DNA of 64,000 nucleotides from an uncultured Alphaproteobacteria bacterium (GCA_963811795.1 CAWESR010000001.1:13344-77343), one strand, 5' to 3'. Positions 9,868-21,898 are shown, counted from the first letter of the stretch. Notes: generated from the letters alone by a model not told the origin. Numbers and translations: made by a program.

Positions 9868-10731
9868 TTAAATGCTTTTGTCTTTTCCTGTTTTATCCGC
9901 CAATTCGCGTGCCATGGCAACAAAGCCGGAAACGGGAATGGTTTCAGCGCGGCGTGTCGGGTCGATACCGGCGGCAGCTGTGAGCGCTGCTGGATCGAGT
10001 CCAAGGGATTTCAGGCTTTGCCGCAGCATTTTGCGGCGCTGGCCAAAGGCGGCGGCAGTAATACGCTCCAGCGTGCGTTGATCGCATGGATCGGGCATTG
10101 GGCGCGGGATCAGCCGCACAACGGATGATGTCACCTTGGGGGGCGGCATGAACGCGTTTGGCGCGATATCGAACAGGATTTTTGTCTCCGTTCGCCAGTT
10201 CGACAACACGCTAAGACGCCCGTAAGCCTCATCGTTTTCGCGGGCGACGATACGCTCAGCCACCTCACGCTGGAACATGAGTACCATCATCTCGTACCAT
10301 GGCGGCCATGGCTCTACGCTGAGCCAGCCGACTAAAAGCGGCGTCGCAATGTTGTAGGGCAGGTTGGCGACAATCTTGGCGCGTTCGCCGCCGAGATGGG
10401 GGCGCGGGTCGAATGTCATGGCGTCCGCATGCACGATCTCGAGTTTGCCGGGATAATGTGCGGCGATCTCCTGCAGGGCAGGGATGACACGCTCGTCACG
10501 CTCAACAGCGATGACCCGCTTAACCCCCAATGCAAGCAAGGCGCGCGTCAGCCCCCCAGGACCTGGTCCGATTTCAATTACGGTGCAATCCTCTAATGGT
10601 CCTGCTGCGCGCGCGATCCGCGATGTCAGATTGAGATCAAGCAGGAAGTTCTGGCCAAGAGATTTCCGTGCTGACAGCTCATAACGCTGGATGACGTCGC
10701 GCAGCGGCGGAAGATCGTCAATGGCGCTCAT
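9868..10731 (-). CDS. rsmA: 16S rRNA adenine dimethyltransferase
   Basis: [34 protein letters not shown]; start MSAIDDLP overlaps the pdxA stop. Confidence 0.96.
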   Translation of the reverse strand: MSAIDDLPPLRDVIQRYELSARKSLGQNFLLDLNLTSRIARAAGPLEDCTVIEIGPGPGGLTRALLALGVKRVIAVERDERVIPALQEIAAHYPGKLEIVHADAMTFDPRPHLGGERAKIVANLPYNIATPLLVGWLSVEPWPPWYEMMVLMFQREVAERIVARENDEAYGRLSVLSNWRTETKILFDIAPNAFMPPPKVTSSVVRLIPRPMPDPCDQRTLERITAAAFGQRRKMLRQSLKSLGLDPAALTAAAGIDPTRRAETIPVSGFVAMARELADKTGKDKSI

Positions 10732-11744
10732 GACTTTGGCGGTGTCACACTCGTCCCGGCCATATGCGCGGCGAGGCGTAGTGCAGCTATGAGGCTCGAT
10801 GGATTGGCGCGCCCGGTGCCTGCGATATCGAAGGCGGTGCCATGGTCCGGTGAAGTCCGGATGAACGGCAAGCCAAGCGTGACGTTGACACCTTCGTCGA
10901 ATGCAAGCGTCTTGATCGGGATCAGCGCCTGATCGTGATACATACAGATTGCGCAATCGTAGGTCTTGCGCGCAGCCTCGTGGAACATGGTGTCGGCAGG
11001 GAGAGGGCCTTTGACATCGACGCCCTCGTTGCGCAGGACAGTAATAGCAGGCGCGATGATGGATTGATCTTCTTTGCCGAACGAGCCGTCTTCACCGGCG
11101 TGTGGATTGAGCCCGGAGATTGCCAGACGCGGTTTTGCAATTCCGAAACGCGTTTTCATATCTGCTGCGACAATGCGGGAAGTTCTGATAATCAGATCGG
11201 TTGTAAGTTGTGCAATGGCGTCGCGCAAAGCCAAATGAATTGTAACCGGTACTACTGCGAGTTGGGGTGACCACAGCATCATGACCGGCTGAGGTGCGAT
11301 GCCATTGACGCTTGCAAGCTCAGCAAGAAATTCGGTGTGGCCGGGATGCGAAAATCCGCTGCGGAAGAGCACGTTCTTGGCAATCGGATTGGTGACGACG
11401 GCACTCGCGCGGCCAGCGGTAACGTCAGTGACAGCCTGACGGATGGATGCAATGGCGGCAGGCGCACTGGTTCCATCCGGGTGGCCGGGCCGGGCGGTGA
11501 TGACGTGGTTGCTTGAAACGACGGGGAGCGCGTCAGCGAACAGGTTTGCAGCATTCTCAGGACTGGCGTCGGCAAGCGGCAGATCAATGCCGAGCATCTG
11601 TGCGCGCCGCGCAAGGAATGCTTTGTCGCCGATGAGATAAAAAGCCGGGATGCCCAGTTCGCGCCTGCGCATCCACGTCGCAATCGTGATATCCGGCCCG
11701 ATGCCAGCCGGTTCACCGATCGTGAGCGCAAGAGGTTTGGTCAT
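10728..11744 (-). CDS. pdxA: 4-hydroxythreonine-4-phosphate dehydrogenase
   Basis: [42 protein letters not shown]. Confidence 0.97.
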   Translation of the reverse strand: MTKPLALTIGEPAGIGPDITIATWMRRRELGIPAFYLIGDKAFLARRAQMLGIDLPLADASPENAANLFADALPVVSSNHVITARPGHPDGTSAPAAIASIRQAVTDVTAGRASAVVTNPIAKNVLFRSGFSHPGHTEFLAELASVNGIAPQPVMMLWSPQLAVVPVTIHLALRDAIAQLTTDLIIRTSRIVAADMKTRFGIAKPRLAISGLNPHAGEDGSFGKEDQSIIAPAITVLRNEGVDVKGPLPADTMFHEAARKTYDCAICMYHDQALIPIKTLAFDEGVNVTLGLPFIRTSPDHGTAFDIAGTGRANPSSLIAALRLAAHMAGTSVTPPKS

Positions 11745-11775
11745 CCATGACGCCCGATTGTGGGTTCAGATGAAA

Positions 11776-12738
11776 TCATAATTTTTTGCCGGTATCCCCG
11801 GAGCGTATCTCGATCATCATCGTCTTGCGAGCATCCTGCAAATACGACTTGGATTTCGCCTCGAATTTCTCATTGTACAGCTTGTCGCGAGCCTCGCGCT
11901 TCGCCGGCGTGTCGGCGGTTGTCGGCTTCCGGCTGCACAAGGCAACCATTTCGACGCCCTGCTTCGTGACTTCCGGCGGCGTCAATCGCCCGACGGTCGT
12001 CTTGTCCAGCAGCTCCCGCAATGCAGGCGGCAAGTCTGCGGATGTCTTCGTGAGATTGTCGCGGATAGCGGCGTCACGCATTGACCGGAACAGTTCCGCA
12101 GCTTCATCGCAGCTTTGAATCCGGTTGCGTAAGAGCTCAGCTTCCTTGCGCCGGCCTTCGATGGCCGAGGGTGCCGCCCCGCGCGGCACGATCAATACAA
12201 TAGGACGCATCTGATATTCGAAGCTTTCGGACTGAGGCTTGTCACTCGATGATGGTTGGCTGATGGCGGATTGAACATCTTTTTCACCGACGAGCAGACT
12301 TTGCCCAAACCGTCCGCGGACAAGGGTCGTCCACGTCATCTCCGCCTTCACTCGGTTCTTGAGAGTTTCCGGACGGATTCCGCTGTTTTCCAGTGTCTTA
12401 TTCAACTGTTCGGCATTCATGCGCATCCGTGATGCCATTCCGCCAAAGGCTGTGTCGACGTCAGAGGCGGAAAGTTCGATGCCGTACCGCTTGGCTTCCT
12501 TGAGCTTGACCTTGTCGTTGATCAAATCTTCAAGCGTTTCCTGCCGCGTGGGTGTCTTGCGAGTGGTCAATGTCGTCAGCTTGATGCGCTGATCGACATC
12601 GGAGTTGGTGATGGCTTCGCCGTTGACAATTGCCGCCACGGACTGGGCACGCAGGTCCGATCCGTAGGCCGAGACCATCAGAACAACGATCACAACAAAC
12701 GCGAAGTGCGCGAAACGAGAAAGCATTATCGCAATCAT
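11776..12738 (-). CDS. surA: SurA-like periplasmic chaperone (start approximate)
   Basis: AIVNGEAITNSDV SurA N-terminal motif; lptD-surA-pdxA-rsmA synteny. Confidence 0.85.
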   Translation of the reverse strand: MIAIMLSRFAHFAFVVIVVLMVSAYGSDLRAQSVAAIVNGEAITNSDVDQRIKLTTLTTRKTPTRQETLEDLINDKVKLKEAKRYGIELSASDVDTAFGGMASRMRMNAEQLNKTLENSGIRPETLKNRVKAEMTWTTLVRGRFGQSLLVGEKDVQSAISQPSSSDKPQSESFEYQMRPIVLIVPRGAAPSAIEGRRKEAELLRNRIQSCDEAAELFRSMRDAAIRDNLTKTSADLPPALRELLDKTTVGRLTPPEVTKQGVEMVALCSRKPTTADTPAKREARDKLYNEKFEAKSKSYLQDARKTMMIEIRSGDTGKKL

Positions 12739-12833
12739 GGTCAGGCCTGCCATCTTCGTCGATTTAAAAATTTTCAATATCCTTGCTATCAAAGACTTGG
12801 CTGGATTTCAGCATCCAGAAGGATGGTCATTCT

Positions 12834-15323
12834 TTACTGGGTTGTTCCGATTGTTTGCGCAATAGAAGTGCTGCCAATCGTCCGTAGTCCAATCTGCAAC
12901 ATGACACGGTGATCTGTAACGGGGGTCAGGTTGGTTGTGGTCGTATAGGCATAGTCGGTGATGTAGTTGACTGCCATGATGAAGCAATCGTCCACGTAAC
13001 CCGCGCCAACGAGGTATTGATTGACCTTCTGGTTGCTGAGGTCATAGCGCAAGCCACCCGAGACGACCCAGTTTGGCGCGACCTTGATCGATCCAGTGCC
13101 AAGAATGCCTTCACGACGAGTGAGGAAGCCGAGCTCCGGCTGTTGGTCATAGTTGCCATACAGCATACTGACTGACCAGCGGTCGAAGTTGGCTTTACCT
13201 TCCAGTTCGAAGCGGCGAACGTATCCGGTTGCTTCATCCAACCGTACGCGGCTGGAAAGGTTGAAGGTCCTGTTTGGTTGATATGAGATGCGACCGACGT
13301 AATCCGATTTCGCGGTTTCAAGGCCAGTGTCGAGGCCGGTGTTGGTGAGGTCTTGCACGGCAAACGAATTCAAACCGAACAATTGATAGGATTGGCCAAA
13401 CATCACATTGATGGAGCCTCCGTGATCGAATTGCGTCGTCGCCTGGACACCGACGTTGGCGCGGCCACCACCTTCGGTGCGATCCCAGCCGGAAAACTTG
13501 TCAACGCGGAAAAGGTTGCTGTCATCGTAAGTCAGGCTTTGGGCATCTTCATTGGGGAGCCGACCTGCTTGCGCTTCATTGGGACGGATGATGATCTGTG
13601 CGATAGGCTCCAATGTTGTGGTGCCCCAGGGCTGCACGTTGATGAACGGATAGCGATACTCAAGTCCGACCGTTGGCATGATGTGCCCAATTTGGGTCAG
13701 GCCGGTTGCCGTATAGTTTGAAACGCCAGGTTGGTTCGCGATATCCGTGCTGATGAGGTCCGAGCGGATCGAAGCGAATGGCGTGAAGATTTGCCCCATC
13801 GGATCCGTGAACGAGCGACGCCATGCGGCTAGACCGGAAAGCCGGGTGTAGTCACCCGGCACGCCGCGCAGCAAACAGTTCGCGGGATTTTTTGCCGCTG
13901 GATCGGCCGATGTCGGCAAACACAGGCCGGTGAGGCTTGCTTCTGTTGTGATCGGATCGAAGGCAGCAGTATCGCGGCTCAGGCTTGTGAAGTTTGCCTT
14001 GTAGCTGAATTCGCCACCGATCAGATTGCGATTGAGGATATTCGAATAATCGATGACCGGGTGCACAACAGGAATCTGGCTCTGAACGTCAGCTGCCGAA
14101 TATCCCTGAAAGTACATGACGCGCCCGTCGAAGTAGCTACGATTGCCCACGCCGGTGAGATAGATTTGTGACAGCCCGGTATCGGGCACCAGTAGAAATG
14201 AGCTGAGTGCGTTTTTGTAGGGACCAAGGTTGTAATCCTGGAAGAACGCTTTGTCCGTGGCCGCGACAGCATCCCAGCCCCAGACCCACCTATCGTTCAG
14301 GGCAAATTGGCCCTTTGTGTCCACGCCGCCCCGGAAATCCCGATTGCCTGGCTCGGCGCCGAACTTGTCAGGGTTCTCTTGCTTGATGCCATAGGCGCGA
14401 ATTTCATAAGCGCCATTGATGAGGCGCTGGCGGAACTCGCCCTGCATCAAAACGCCTTGCTGTGTGGTGTAGCGTGGTGTCAGCGTCAGGTCATAGTCGG
14501 GTGCGAGCGCCCAGTAGAACGGCGTTTCCACGCCGACACCGTAGCGCGAGTTCGACATGAAGTCCGGGGTCAGAAAACCTGTCTTGCGCTTTACGGTTGG
14601 ATCGGGAGTCGAAAAATACGGCATGTACGCAATCGGCAAACCGAAGAACTCAAGCCGTGCGTCCTCGAAGTAAAGCATCTTCTCGGTCTGGTTATGAATG
14701 ATGCGCGCGGCCTTCACCTGCCATAGCGGGGGCTTCTTCGGATTGTCCTTGCATGCCGCGCAGGCCGTATAGACACCGTTTTGGAAAATGGTGACGTCGC
14801 CATTGCTGCGGTCTGCGCGTGACGCGGCCATACGGGTCTGATCGGGCGTCTCTAACCGCAATGAATCGACGAAGCCGTCGCGGTAATCATCGCTGAGATC
14901 GAGTGCGACCGCGTTGGTGACCCTGCCGTCGGCGTCGGTCAGGCGGACGCTGCCTTCCGCGTGAAGACGCTTGGTCTTTTGATCGTAGATGACTTTATCG
15001 GCTTCGAGCGTTGATCCGTGGAAGTAGATCTGTACGCTGCCGACCGCGGCCACGCGGGAGTTGTTGTAATCGTAATTGACCTCAGCCGCCTGCACGAGCA
15101 TCTGGCCGTCATTGGCTTTGTTGGGGGGCTTTGCAGGCCGAACCGGTGTCGGACGGGGATTGTAGTTATAGCCTTGGGCAGCAACTGGCGATGTTGGGAG
15201 GCCACTCAGCGGTCCTGCCAAAACCAGCGCCAGGCATGCAGGCGCAAGGATGCGATGGCAGCGCAAACGTATGCGCCGCCTGAACGCAGGCGTCAGTCTT
15301 TGGAGGGCGGCGACAATGGCCAC
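12834..15323 (-). CDS. lptD: LPS assembly protein LptD
   Basis: OstA-type N-domain, YTACAAC, DPTVKRKTGFL, PNEDAQS, YVDDC; GTG start overlaps the lptG stop. Confidence 0.93.
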   Translation of the reverse strand: MAIVAALQRLTPAFRRRIRLRCHRILAPACLALVLAGPLSGLPTSPVAAQGYNYNPRPTPVRPAKPPNKANDGQMLVQAAEVNYDYNNSRVAAVGSVQIYFHGSTLEADKVIYDQKTKRLHAEGSVRLTDADGRVTNAVALDLSDDYRDGFVDSLRLETPDQTRMAASRADRSNGDVTIFQNGVYTACAACKDNPKKPPLWQVKAARIIHNQTEKMLYFEDARLEFFGLPIAYMPYFSTPDPTVKRKTGFLTPDFMSNSRYGVGVETPFYWALAPDYDLTLTPRYTTQQGVLMQGEFRQRLINGAYEIRAYGIKQENPDKFGAEPGNRDFRGGVDTKGQFALNDRWVWGWDAVAATDKAFFQDYNLGPYKNALSSFLLVPDTGLSQIYLTGVGNRSYFDGRVMYFQGYSAADVQSQIPVVHPVIDYSNILNRNLIGGEFSYKANFTSLSRDTAAFDPITTEASLTGLCLPTSADPAAKNPANCLLRGVPGDYTRLSGLAAWRRSFTDPMGQIFTPFASIRSDLISTDIANQPGVSNYTATGLTQIGHIMPTVGLEYRYPFINVQPWGTTTLEPIAQIIIRPNEAQAGRLPNEDAQSLTYDDSNLFRVDKFSGWDRTEGGGRANVGVQATTQFDHGGSINVMFGQSYQLFGLNSFAVQDLTNTGLDTGLETAKSDYVGRISYQPNRTFNLSSRVRLDEATGYVRRFELEGKANFDRWSVSMLYGNYDQQPELGFLTRREGILGTGSIKVAPNWVVSGGLRYDLSNQKVNQYLVGAGYVDDCFIMAVNYITDYAYTTTTNLTPVTDHRVMLQIGLRTIGSTSIAQTIGTTQ

Positions 15324-16405
15324 TACCCGTCCTCCTGATACAGCAAAGCCAAAAATCCGGAGAGGCCACCTACGAAAACAGGCAACCACGCCGCCGCGAG
15401 CGGATGCATCAATTCAGCCTTGCTCAAATCCTCGGTTACTTTCGATAGGACATAGAGCAAAAAGCCAGCCGCAACGCCACTCAAAACCATCTTTTGAACA
15501 CCGCCGAAGCGGAAGAAGCGAAGGCTCACGGCAGCCGCCAGCAACACCATCGCAGCCAGCAAAAATGGGCGTGCGAGCAGCTTTTGATACTGCAAGCGAT
15601 AACCAGCCGTGGCTTGTCCGGAGTTTTCTGACGAGCGGATGTAGCCCGGCAGTTGCCAAAATGACACAGTTTCAGGTGTGGAAAAACTGTTCCTGACCTG
15701 AGCAAGGGTCAAACTCGTTCCGAGGACGTAAGTCTCTTGCTCAACCATCGGACTGTCCAGAGCGAAGCGCCGGACTTTTTTGAAGACCCACTGCCCAGGT
15801 TCCAATGATGCTTCACGCGCCTCGATTCGCTCTTTGAAGGGACCCGCAGGGTCGTACCTAAACACCGTCAAGCCGCTCAGCCGAAGTCCTTGCTCCTGAC
15901 TTCGCACAGCATTGATGATGGTCTGTCCTTCGCTGGTGGTCTGGTTGATCCAGAATCCAGCTGCATCCTGCAGTCCACGATCAAGAAAGATTTTTGTCTC
16001 CATTTCCTTGGCGCGTTCTTGCATGCCTGCGGAAAGGGGATTGTAAACAGCAGTCGCCAGCAAGCCGAGCGCGAGCGCGCTCAAGAGCGCTGGAGCGATG
16101 AATTGCCACGCGGATATTCCCGCAGCTCGCGCTACGACTAACTCTAACCGCCGCGACAGCGTGAGATAGCAGGACATTGCGCCAATCAGGATGCAGAACG
16201 GCATCAACCGCTCCAATGATAGCGGTACCCGGAAAAGCGAAGTTTGTGCGACGAACAGCGCCGACACGGAGGCAATGCTTGCGGCACGACGCATCAACTC
16301 GATGTAGTCGACAAGAATGATCAGAACAAAAATGCTCACGAAGACAGCGATGGAAGCCACCACAAAACGGCTGGCGAAGTAGCGTGCGAGGACAGTTGTC
16401 ATCAT
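15323..16405 (-). CDS. lptG: LPS export ABC transporter permease LptG
   Basis: LSRRLELVVARAAGISAWQF, multiple transmembrane segments, AAAWLP. Confidence 0.92.
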   Translation of the reverse strand: MMTTVLARYFASRFVVASIAVFVSIFVLIILVDYIELMRRAASIASVSALFVAQTSLFRVPLSLERLMPFCILIGAMSCYLTLSRRLELVVARAAGISAWQFIAPALLSALALGLLATAVYNPLSAGMQERAKEMETKIFLDRGLQDAAGFWINQTTSEGQTIINAVRSQEQGLRLSGLTVFRYDPAGPFKERIEAREASLEPGQWVFKKVRRFALDSPMVEQETYVLGTSLTLAQVRNSFSTPETVSFWQLPGYIRSSENSGQATAGYRLQYQKLLARPFLLAAMVLLAAAVSLRFFRFGGVQKMVLSGVAAGFLLYVLSKVTEDLSKAELMHPLAAAWLPVFVGGLSGFLALLYQEDG

Positions 16406-16418
16406 GGGCGCCGCCGCT

Positions 16419-17580
16419 TCATGCTGACACCGGCCGTGGGGTAAAGCGCGCGACCCAACCATTGATGAACTCCATCAACATGGTTGGCGCTTCGATCACG
16501 ACGCCACTTGAAATAATCCAGATGCCGCCGCAGCAAGCTGTCGCCAATATAAAATATTGGATCGGAGCGGCGAGCGGCGACGAGGCGGCCAGAACGGAGC
16601 ATGCAAAGCCAACAAATCGCAAGGCGCTGATGGCCAGGACTGTGGAGGCGATCGCAAAGCCCCGGCTTTGGCGGGTCGTGCGCGGCGCGCCGAGAAATGC
16701 AAATGTCAAAATAACGAAGGCGAACGGATAGAGCGGCGCAACAATACGATCATGAAATTCGGCGCGGAATTGTCCCGGCGATTGCATGAACAAAGGATCG
16801 TTGGCAGGTGGCGAGATCAGCTCCCAGAAGTAGCGTTCGCGAACATTGTAGTTCACGTTCTGCGTGAGCTTGGCATATTTCGACATGTCGAACGCATGGC
16901 GTCCGAAGGCGACGAGGATGGGGTCACGCTTGCCTTCCTCGAACCGTTGAAAGTTGCCGTTGTCGAGCACGAGGAATGTGCCGGTATCGTTTTTCAGGAC
17001 AGTGCCTTGCTCAGCGATGATGGTGATCCGTTCCTTTGGATCGCGACGATCGTCGACAAAGATGCCGGCCAATTGACCGCCAGGGCGGCGTTCGCGCACC
17101 CGCAACGTGAGATTGGAATCAAGCTGCGTGAAACGTCCCGGCACAAGAATGTTGGAGATGATGTCCGCGGTGATCTCGGTGTCCCAGCGTTTCAGGCGGC
17201 GCATGCCATCGGGGGCGAGATAGGCCGCGATGAAAGCAACCATCAGGGCGACGACAATCGTTGCATACATGAATGGACGGAACAGCGCCCATGGTTGCAT
17301 CCCTGCGGCATTCATCACGATGATTTCTGAAATCATGTGCGAGTTTGTTGAGGGTGTGTGCGACTGCAATCACGAGCGCTATCGGCGCGATCACAAGCAC
17401 CAGAAGCGGAATGGCCAAGCCTGTCACGCCGAGAAACACCAAAATGGTCTGACCCTGGCTGGTCATCAGGTCGATGCCGCGCAACGCTTGCGTGATCCAG
17501 ATCACGCCCGTCAGGCTGACCAAGACCAACGCAAACGACGCAAGCGTCGTCCGGAAAATATAGGCGTCAATCGACCCCAT
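16419..17580 (-). CDS. lptF: LPS export ABC transporter permease LptF (frameshift near 17330)
   Basis: MGSIDAYIFRTT...LNKLAHD in one frame, SEIIVMNAAG... in the next. Confidence 0.9.
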
Positions 17581-17919
17581 CGAGCAGCGATATCCCCAAC
17601 CCCAGAAATCACCGTCGTGCCGGACCCTGGATAAGGATCCCCCTAGGCATGACCGCATTTCGCGGCATTAATATTTCACAGCATCTCTTTGATTGGTCAA
17701 CAAAATGGCCGTGCTGAGGCCGTGTATAAGATGTAGTTAATAAATCCCTGTGCGTGACTTTCCTGCCACGCCGGAAAATCGCAAAAGACCAGTTCCTGCC
17801 GTGAAAGGCAGGTTGTGGCGCGCTTGGCAGGTCAATGCAGGAAAGGCGATAGTGGGTTTACCCAGCCCGCCAATTCTGTTTCTTGCTGCTTTAGCTGCTT
17901 AATTTTGGAGGATTCGCTT

Positions 17920-19425
17920 ATGACCGACGCCGTCAAGGTCGGCTTCGTGCCGTTTTCTGCTGCACCCCGTGGCGTTCTGGTGGTGTTCTGCGATGACACG
18001 CTGAAGTTTGGGTCCGCAACGCGCAAAATTCTCGGCGCTGCAGCAACCGAAAGCGTCAGCCGCGCTGCCAAGGCCAATCAGTTCAAGGGCAAGAGTGGGG
18101 CAGTACTGGATATTCTGGCTCCCGGTGGCCTCAAGGTGGGCCGGCTGATTGTCGTCGGCAGCGGGAAGGTGAATTCGATCAAGGACAACGAATTCATCAA
18201 GTTAGGTGGCAAAATCGCCAGCAAGATTCAGGCAGGCACAGAGACCGTGACCATTGTCGCGGAACTGCCATCGGGCGCAATGAAAGCGCCACAAGCTGCG
18301 GCAATTGCATCAGGTGTGCGCCTGCGTGCCTATCGCTTCACCCGGTACAAGACCAAGAAAAAGGACGGCGACAACGCAGAGCTGCGCGTTCAGTTCTCAA
18401 TCGCGGTTGTCGATGTTGCAGCGGCGCGCAAGGCTTTTGCCTCTGATAATCATGCTGTCGATGGTGTGCTGATTGCACGCGAGCTGGTCAATGAGCCGCC
18501 GAATGTTCTTTACCCAGCGGAGTTTGCACGCCGCGCAAGCCAATTGCGCAAGCTTGGCGTGAATGTCGAAATCCTTGATGTCAAAGCCATGACGCGCCTG
18601 AAAATGGGTGCGCTGCTTGGTGTCTCGCAAGGCTCAACGCACGAAGGCCGCACCGTCATCATGCGCTGGAACGGCGGCAAAGCCGGAGAGGCGCCGATTG
18701 CGTTCATCGGCAAGGGCGTGTGCTTCGATACTGGCGGCATCTCGATCAAGCCGGCGGGCAATATGGAAGACATGAAGGGTGATATGGGCGGTGCTGCATG
18801 CGTTGTCGGCTTGATGCATGCGTTGGCCGCACGCAAGGCTAAGGTCAACGTTGTCGGTGCGATCGGCATCGTTGAGAATATGCCGGACGGCAATGCGCAG
18901 CGTCCTGGCGATATTGTCACCTCAATGTCCGGGCAGACCATCGAGATCATCAACACCGATGCGGAAGGACGCCTTGTGCTGGCTGATGTGCTTTGGCATG
19001 TCGCAAAAAAATTCAAACCCAAGTTCATGATCGATCTCGCGACCTTAACCGGCGCGATCATGGTGGCGTTGGGAACTGAATATGCCGGTCTTTTCTCGAA
19101 TAACGACAAACTTGCTGAACGCTTGGTCGAAGCCGGGCAGGAGACCGGAGAGCGTGTCTGGCGCATGCCGCTTGGTCCTGAATACGACAAGCAAATCGAT
19201 TCTCAGTTCGCGGATGTGAAAAACTCCACTGGCCGCAATGGCGGATCGATCACGGCTGCCCAGTTCCTGCAACGTTTTGTCGATGATACGCCGTGGGCGC
19301 ATCTCGATATCGCGGGCACGGCAATGGCTGTTCCGGCTTCCGATCTCAACCGCAGTTGGGGATCGGGGTACGGGGTGCGTCTGCTTAACAAGCTTGTTGC
19401 CGACCACTACGAAGCCAAGCGTTAG
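17920..19425 (+). CDS. pepA: leucyl aminopeptidase (M17)
   Basis: [33 protein letters not shown]. Confidence 0.96.
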   Translation: MTDAVKVGFVPFSAAPRGVLVVFCDDTLKFGSATRKILGAAATESVSRAAKANQFKGKSGAVLDILAPGGLKVGRLIVVGSGKVNSIKDNEFIKLGGKIASKIQAGTETVTIVAELPSGAMKAPQAAAIASGVRLRAYRFTRYKTKKKDGDNAELRVQFSIAVVDVAAARKAFASDNHAVDGVLIARELVNEPPNVLYPAEFARRASQLRKLGVNVEILDVKAMTRLKMGALLGVSQGSTHEGRTVIMRWNGGKAGEAPIAFIGKGVCFDTGGISIKPAGNMEDMKGDMGGAACVVGLMHALAARKAKVNVVGAIGIVENMPDGNAQRPGDIVTSMSGQTIEIINTDAEGRLVLADVLWHVAKKFKPKFMIDLATLTGAIMVALGTEYAGLFSNNDKLAERLVEAGQETGERVWRMPLGPEYDKQIDSQFADVKNSTGRNGGSITAAQFLQRFVDDTPWAHLDIAGTAMAVPASDLNRSWGSGYGVRLLNKLVADHYEAKR

Positions 19426-19473
19426 GATATCCCGCAAAAAGGATATCTTATCGCGCGCTTATGAGAACTGCAG

Positions 19474-19923
19474 ATGACCGAAGTACTGTTCTATCACCTG
19501 CAAAACATGACGCTTGAGAATGTGCTTCCGCCGCTGCTCGAGAAGTCGCTGGAGCGGGGCTGGCGGGTCGTGGTGCAAGCGGATTCCGAAGAGCGCGCCG
19601 ATGCGCTTGACGCGCATCTGTGGACCTATCGCGAAGATTCGTTTTTGCCTCACGGAACCTGGCGAGAAGCTGATGCGCAGGAACATCCGGTGGTGCTGGT
19701 TGTGGCAGAAGGGAATCCCAACAAGGCTCACGTCAGATTTTTGGTCGATGGTGCAGGGTTGCCTGACGATTATGCACTCTATGAGCGCGTTGTTCTTGTT
19801 TTCAACGGCGATGACGATGAAGCTCTAGCCACGGCGCGTGCCACATGGTCGGAAGGCAAATCGAAGGGGCTCGATCTGACGTATTGGCAAATGGACGAGG
19901 GCAAATGGCAGCGCCGAGGCTAG
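19474..19923 (+). CDS. holC: DNA polymerase III subunit chi
   Basis: MTEVLFYHL, LDAHLWTY...SFLPHG; follows pepA. Confidence 0.93.
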   Translation: MTEVLFYHLQNMTLENVLPPLLEKSLERGWRVVVQADSEERADALDAHLWTYREDSFLPHGTWREADAQEHPVVLVVAEGNPNKAHVRFLVDGAGLPDDYALYERVVLVFNGDDDEALATARATWSEGKSKGLDLTYWQMDEGKWQRRG

Positions 19924-19926
19924 TGG

Positions 19927-20913
19927 TTACGGATGTTGGCTGCGCGCAAAATTCACCAGCCGAAGGATGTCAGAACCGCCAGCACACCAGTTTTCATTTT
20001 CCGGCGGATCATCCGACGACATCACTGCAACGGTATAAGGTCCATCATCCCACGTGCCGAACATGGGCGATCCCGACTGCCCAGATACCAAATCGGCTGA
20101 TGTTGTCATTGCCCGGCCTGATCCATAGTCCCACGCATCTTCATCCAGCCATTGCTGTTGTTGGAAAACGGGAAAGACACTGTTGACCGGATACCCCATG
20201 GTTGACCAGAACCTGTCGCGATCCCAGCCGGAATCGTATTCCTTGGTTCCAAGCCAACCAAAGCGGTCACCCAGTCGTTCATTTATGACCAAAACCGCGT
20301 AGTCCTCATCAAGGACATTGGAGGAGGCAGAGTCGCCTTCAATTTGAGTGTACGCGAGGGCGACCGTGTCAAAAGCGACGGCCTGGGAGGAGGTTCCTGC
20401 ACGATGGACCTCGATCATTTCGGCACTGGGTGAACTCCAGGCGACGCAGTGACTAGCAGTAAGAATATGGCGCGGACCGCAGAGCACCCCGGACCCGACC
20501 CTCCCGAACGCGTTGGTGATTCGACATACGCATCGCCACGGGTAGGTGCCCGGGTCATTGTAGAATTGTTGATCTCCTTGAGGCGCAAAGTCGACCCGTG
20601 GTTCCAGTTGCCTTCCTCGATGCATAAGCTTTATCGGAGCTGACAATCGCATCCGCTGGGGTGCATACGCCACACCGGCCCATGGCGGACAATAACTTGA
20701 GGCCGGTGGGATCACATCCGACGGCGTTCTTGGTGCTGGTCGGTCGACAAGTTTTATCTGCTTGGGCTTTGGCAGGTGCTCTACCGATGGCTTGTACTCT
20801 TCCGGGACGCCAGCCAGCGGTTCTTTGTTCTTTCTGCGGCGCAGCATCTCTGGGCTGAGCGGCAAACTTAGATTTTCTTCGCCAAGATTTTCGCCAACAT
20901 CATGCTTAGACAT
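19927..20913 (-). CDS. trypsin-like (V8/glutamyl endopeptidase-like) serine protease
   Basis: triad motifs ILTASHC, DEDYAVL, GQSGSP; also YPWRCVCRI and GYP. Confidence 0.85.
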   Translation of the reverse strand: MSKHDVGENLGEENLSLPLSPEMLRRRKNKEPLAGVPEEYKPSVEHLPKPKQIKLVDRPAPRTPSDVIPPASSYCPPWAGVAYAPQRMRLSAPIKLMHRGRQLEPRVDFAPQGDQQFYNDPGTYPWRCVCRITNAFGRVGSGVLCGPRHILTASHCVAWSSPSAEMIEVHRAGTSSQAVAFDTVALAYTQIEGDSASSNVLDEDYAVLVINERLGDRFGWLGTKEYDSGWDRDRFWSTMGYPVNSVFPVFQQQQWLDEDAWDYGSGRAMTTSADLVSGQSGSPMFGTWDDGPYTVAVMSSDDPPENENWCAGGSDILRLVNFARSQHP

Positions 20914-21340
20914 GTTTGCATCTCCTGCAAATTTTCTAGCAAAATTAAGGCTTTAGCTATCAACCAAGGGAACATTTAGAAGGGAATATTTTAAAAGTAG
21001 CGGTTGTTGAATGGCAATAGCTCGACAAACACGAGTGCGTGTTGCCTGAACTAAGGGTACTTGGACTCGATGCCTGCCCGGGCACTTGCGCTATACGCCA
21101 CACCCAGTGAGTGTTGGGCCGCCAAGTATGAAAACCCATTAAATCAATGATATCCCCGCTTTTATCTTTGGCAGCTTGCCTACAGCCATGGTCGTGCCTC
21201 AAATGGATGGTGGGGAATTCCTTGCGCCCATCGTGTGCGCAGGCAAGAATGCAACCGGAGACGGCAGCCATACCTCAAACGCCAACTGACATTGTTGGCG
21301 GGGTCTGTGTGAGGATGCCGGAACGGGTTTAGGAGGGATT

Positions 21341-21898
21341 TTGAACGTCAGACGGATAGTGCAGCCAAAACATGCGGCCATTCTCTTGCTCTTGATCGCT
21401 GCTCCGCTGGTCACAGGATGCGGCAGCTTGTCGGATTTTTCGCTGAAGGATCAGGAATGGTTTGCCCGGCCCGCCAAAATGTTCAATGGCAATGCCTCGA
21501 TTGAAACGCCTCCGCTGAGTGGAACTAAGTCCATCACGCCGGAAGATATGGTCAATGCTGACGGTGTGTGCTCCGGGATGGCTGTGGCGAGTTCGCCTGC
21601 GGATGCTAATGCTTTTTCCGATGGTGTGCCAAAGACAGTCGCTTCCGTCTCGCCGCAGGTTGCCGTAGCGCTTGGTCATACGGAGTGCGACGTCGTTCGC
21701 GCCATTTCTGTTGCCCCCGACCAGGTCAACCTGTCCAGCAACGAGCGTGGTGATCGTATAACGCTTCTCACGTGGAACAAGGGGCAGCGCCCCGGAGCTT
21801 ATACCTTCACCTCGGGACGATTGACGTCCATCGAGCGGGTGTCCGAACAGGCAAAACCAGCGAACCAGGCCAAGCCGAAGAAGCGTTCGGCTACATAA
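21341..21898 (+). CDS. conserved hypothetical lipoprotein (start may be 21359)
   Basis: lipobox LVTGC; VALGHTECDVVR, RPGAYTFTSGRL. Confidence 0.75.
   Translation: MNVRRIVQPKHAAILLLLIAAPLVTGCGSLSDFSLKDQEWFARPAKMFNGNASIETPPLSGTKSITPEDMVNADGVCSGMAVASSPADANAFSDGVPKTVASVSPQVAVALGHTECDVVRAISVAPDQVNLSSNERGDRITLLTWNKGQRPGAYTFTSGRLTSIERVSEQAKPANQAKPKKRSAT

Noticed and set aside
16557-17330. long antisense ORFs (for example 257 aa here, 280 aa at 27042-27884, 238 aa at 8662-9378)
   Set aside because: They shadow well-supported genes on the opposite strand or in another frame and have no recognisable motifs, which is typical of GC-rich DNA.
20960-21332. short ORFs upstream of the serine protease
   Set aside because: No RBS, motif or coding-like composition.
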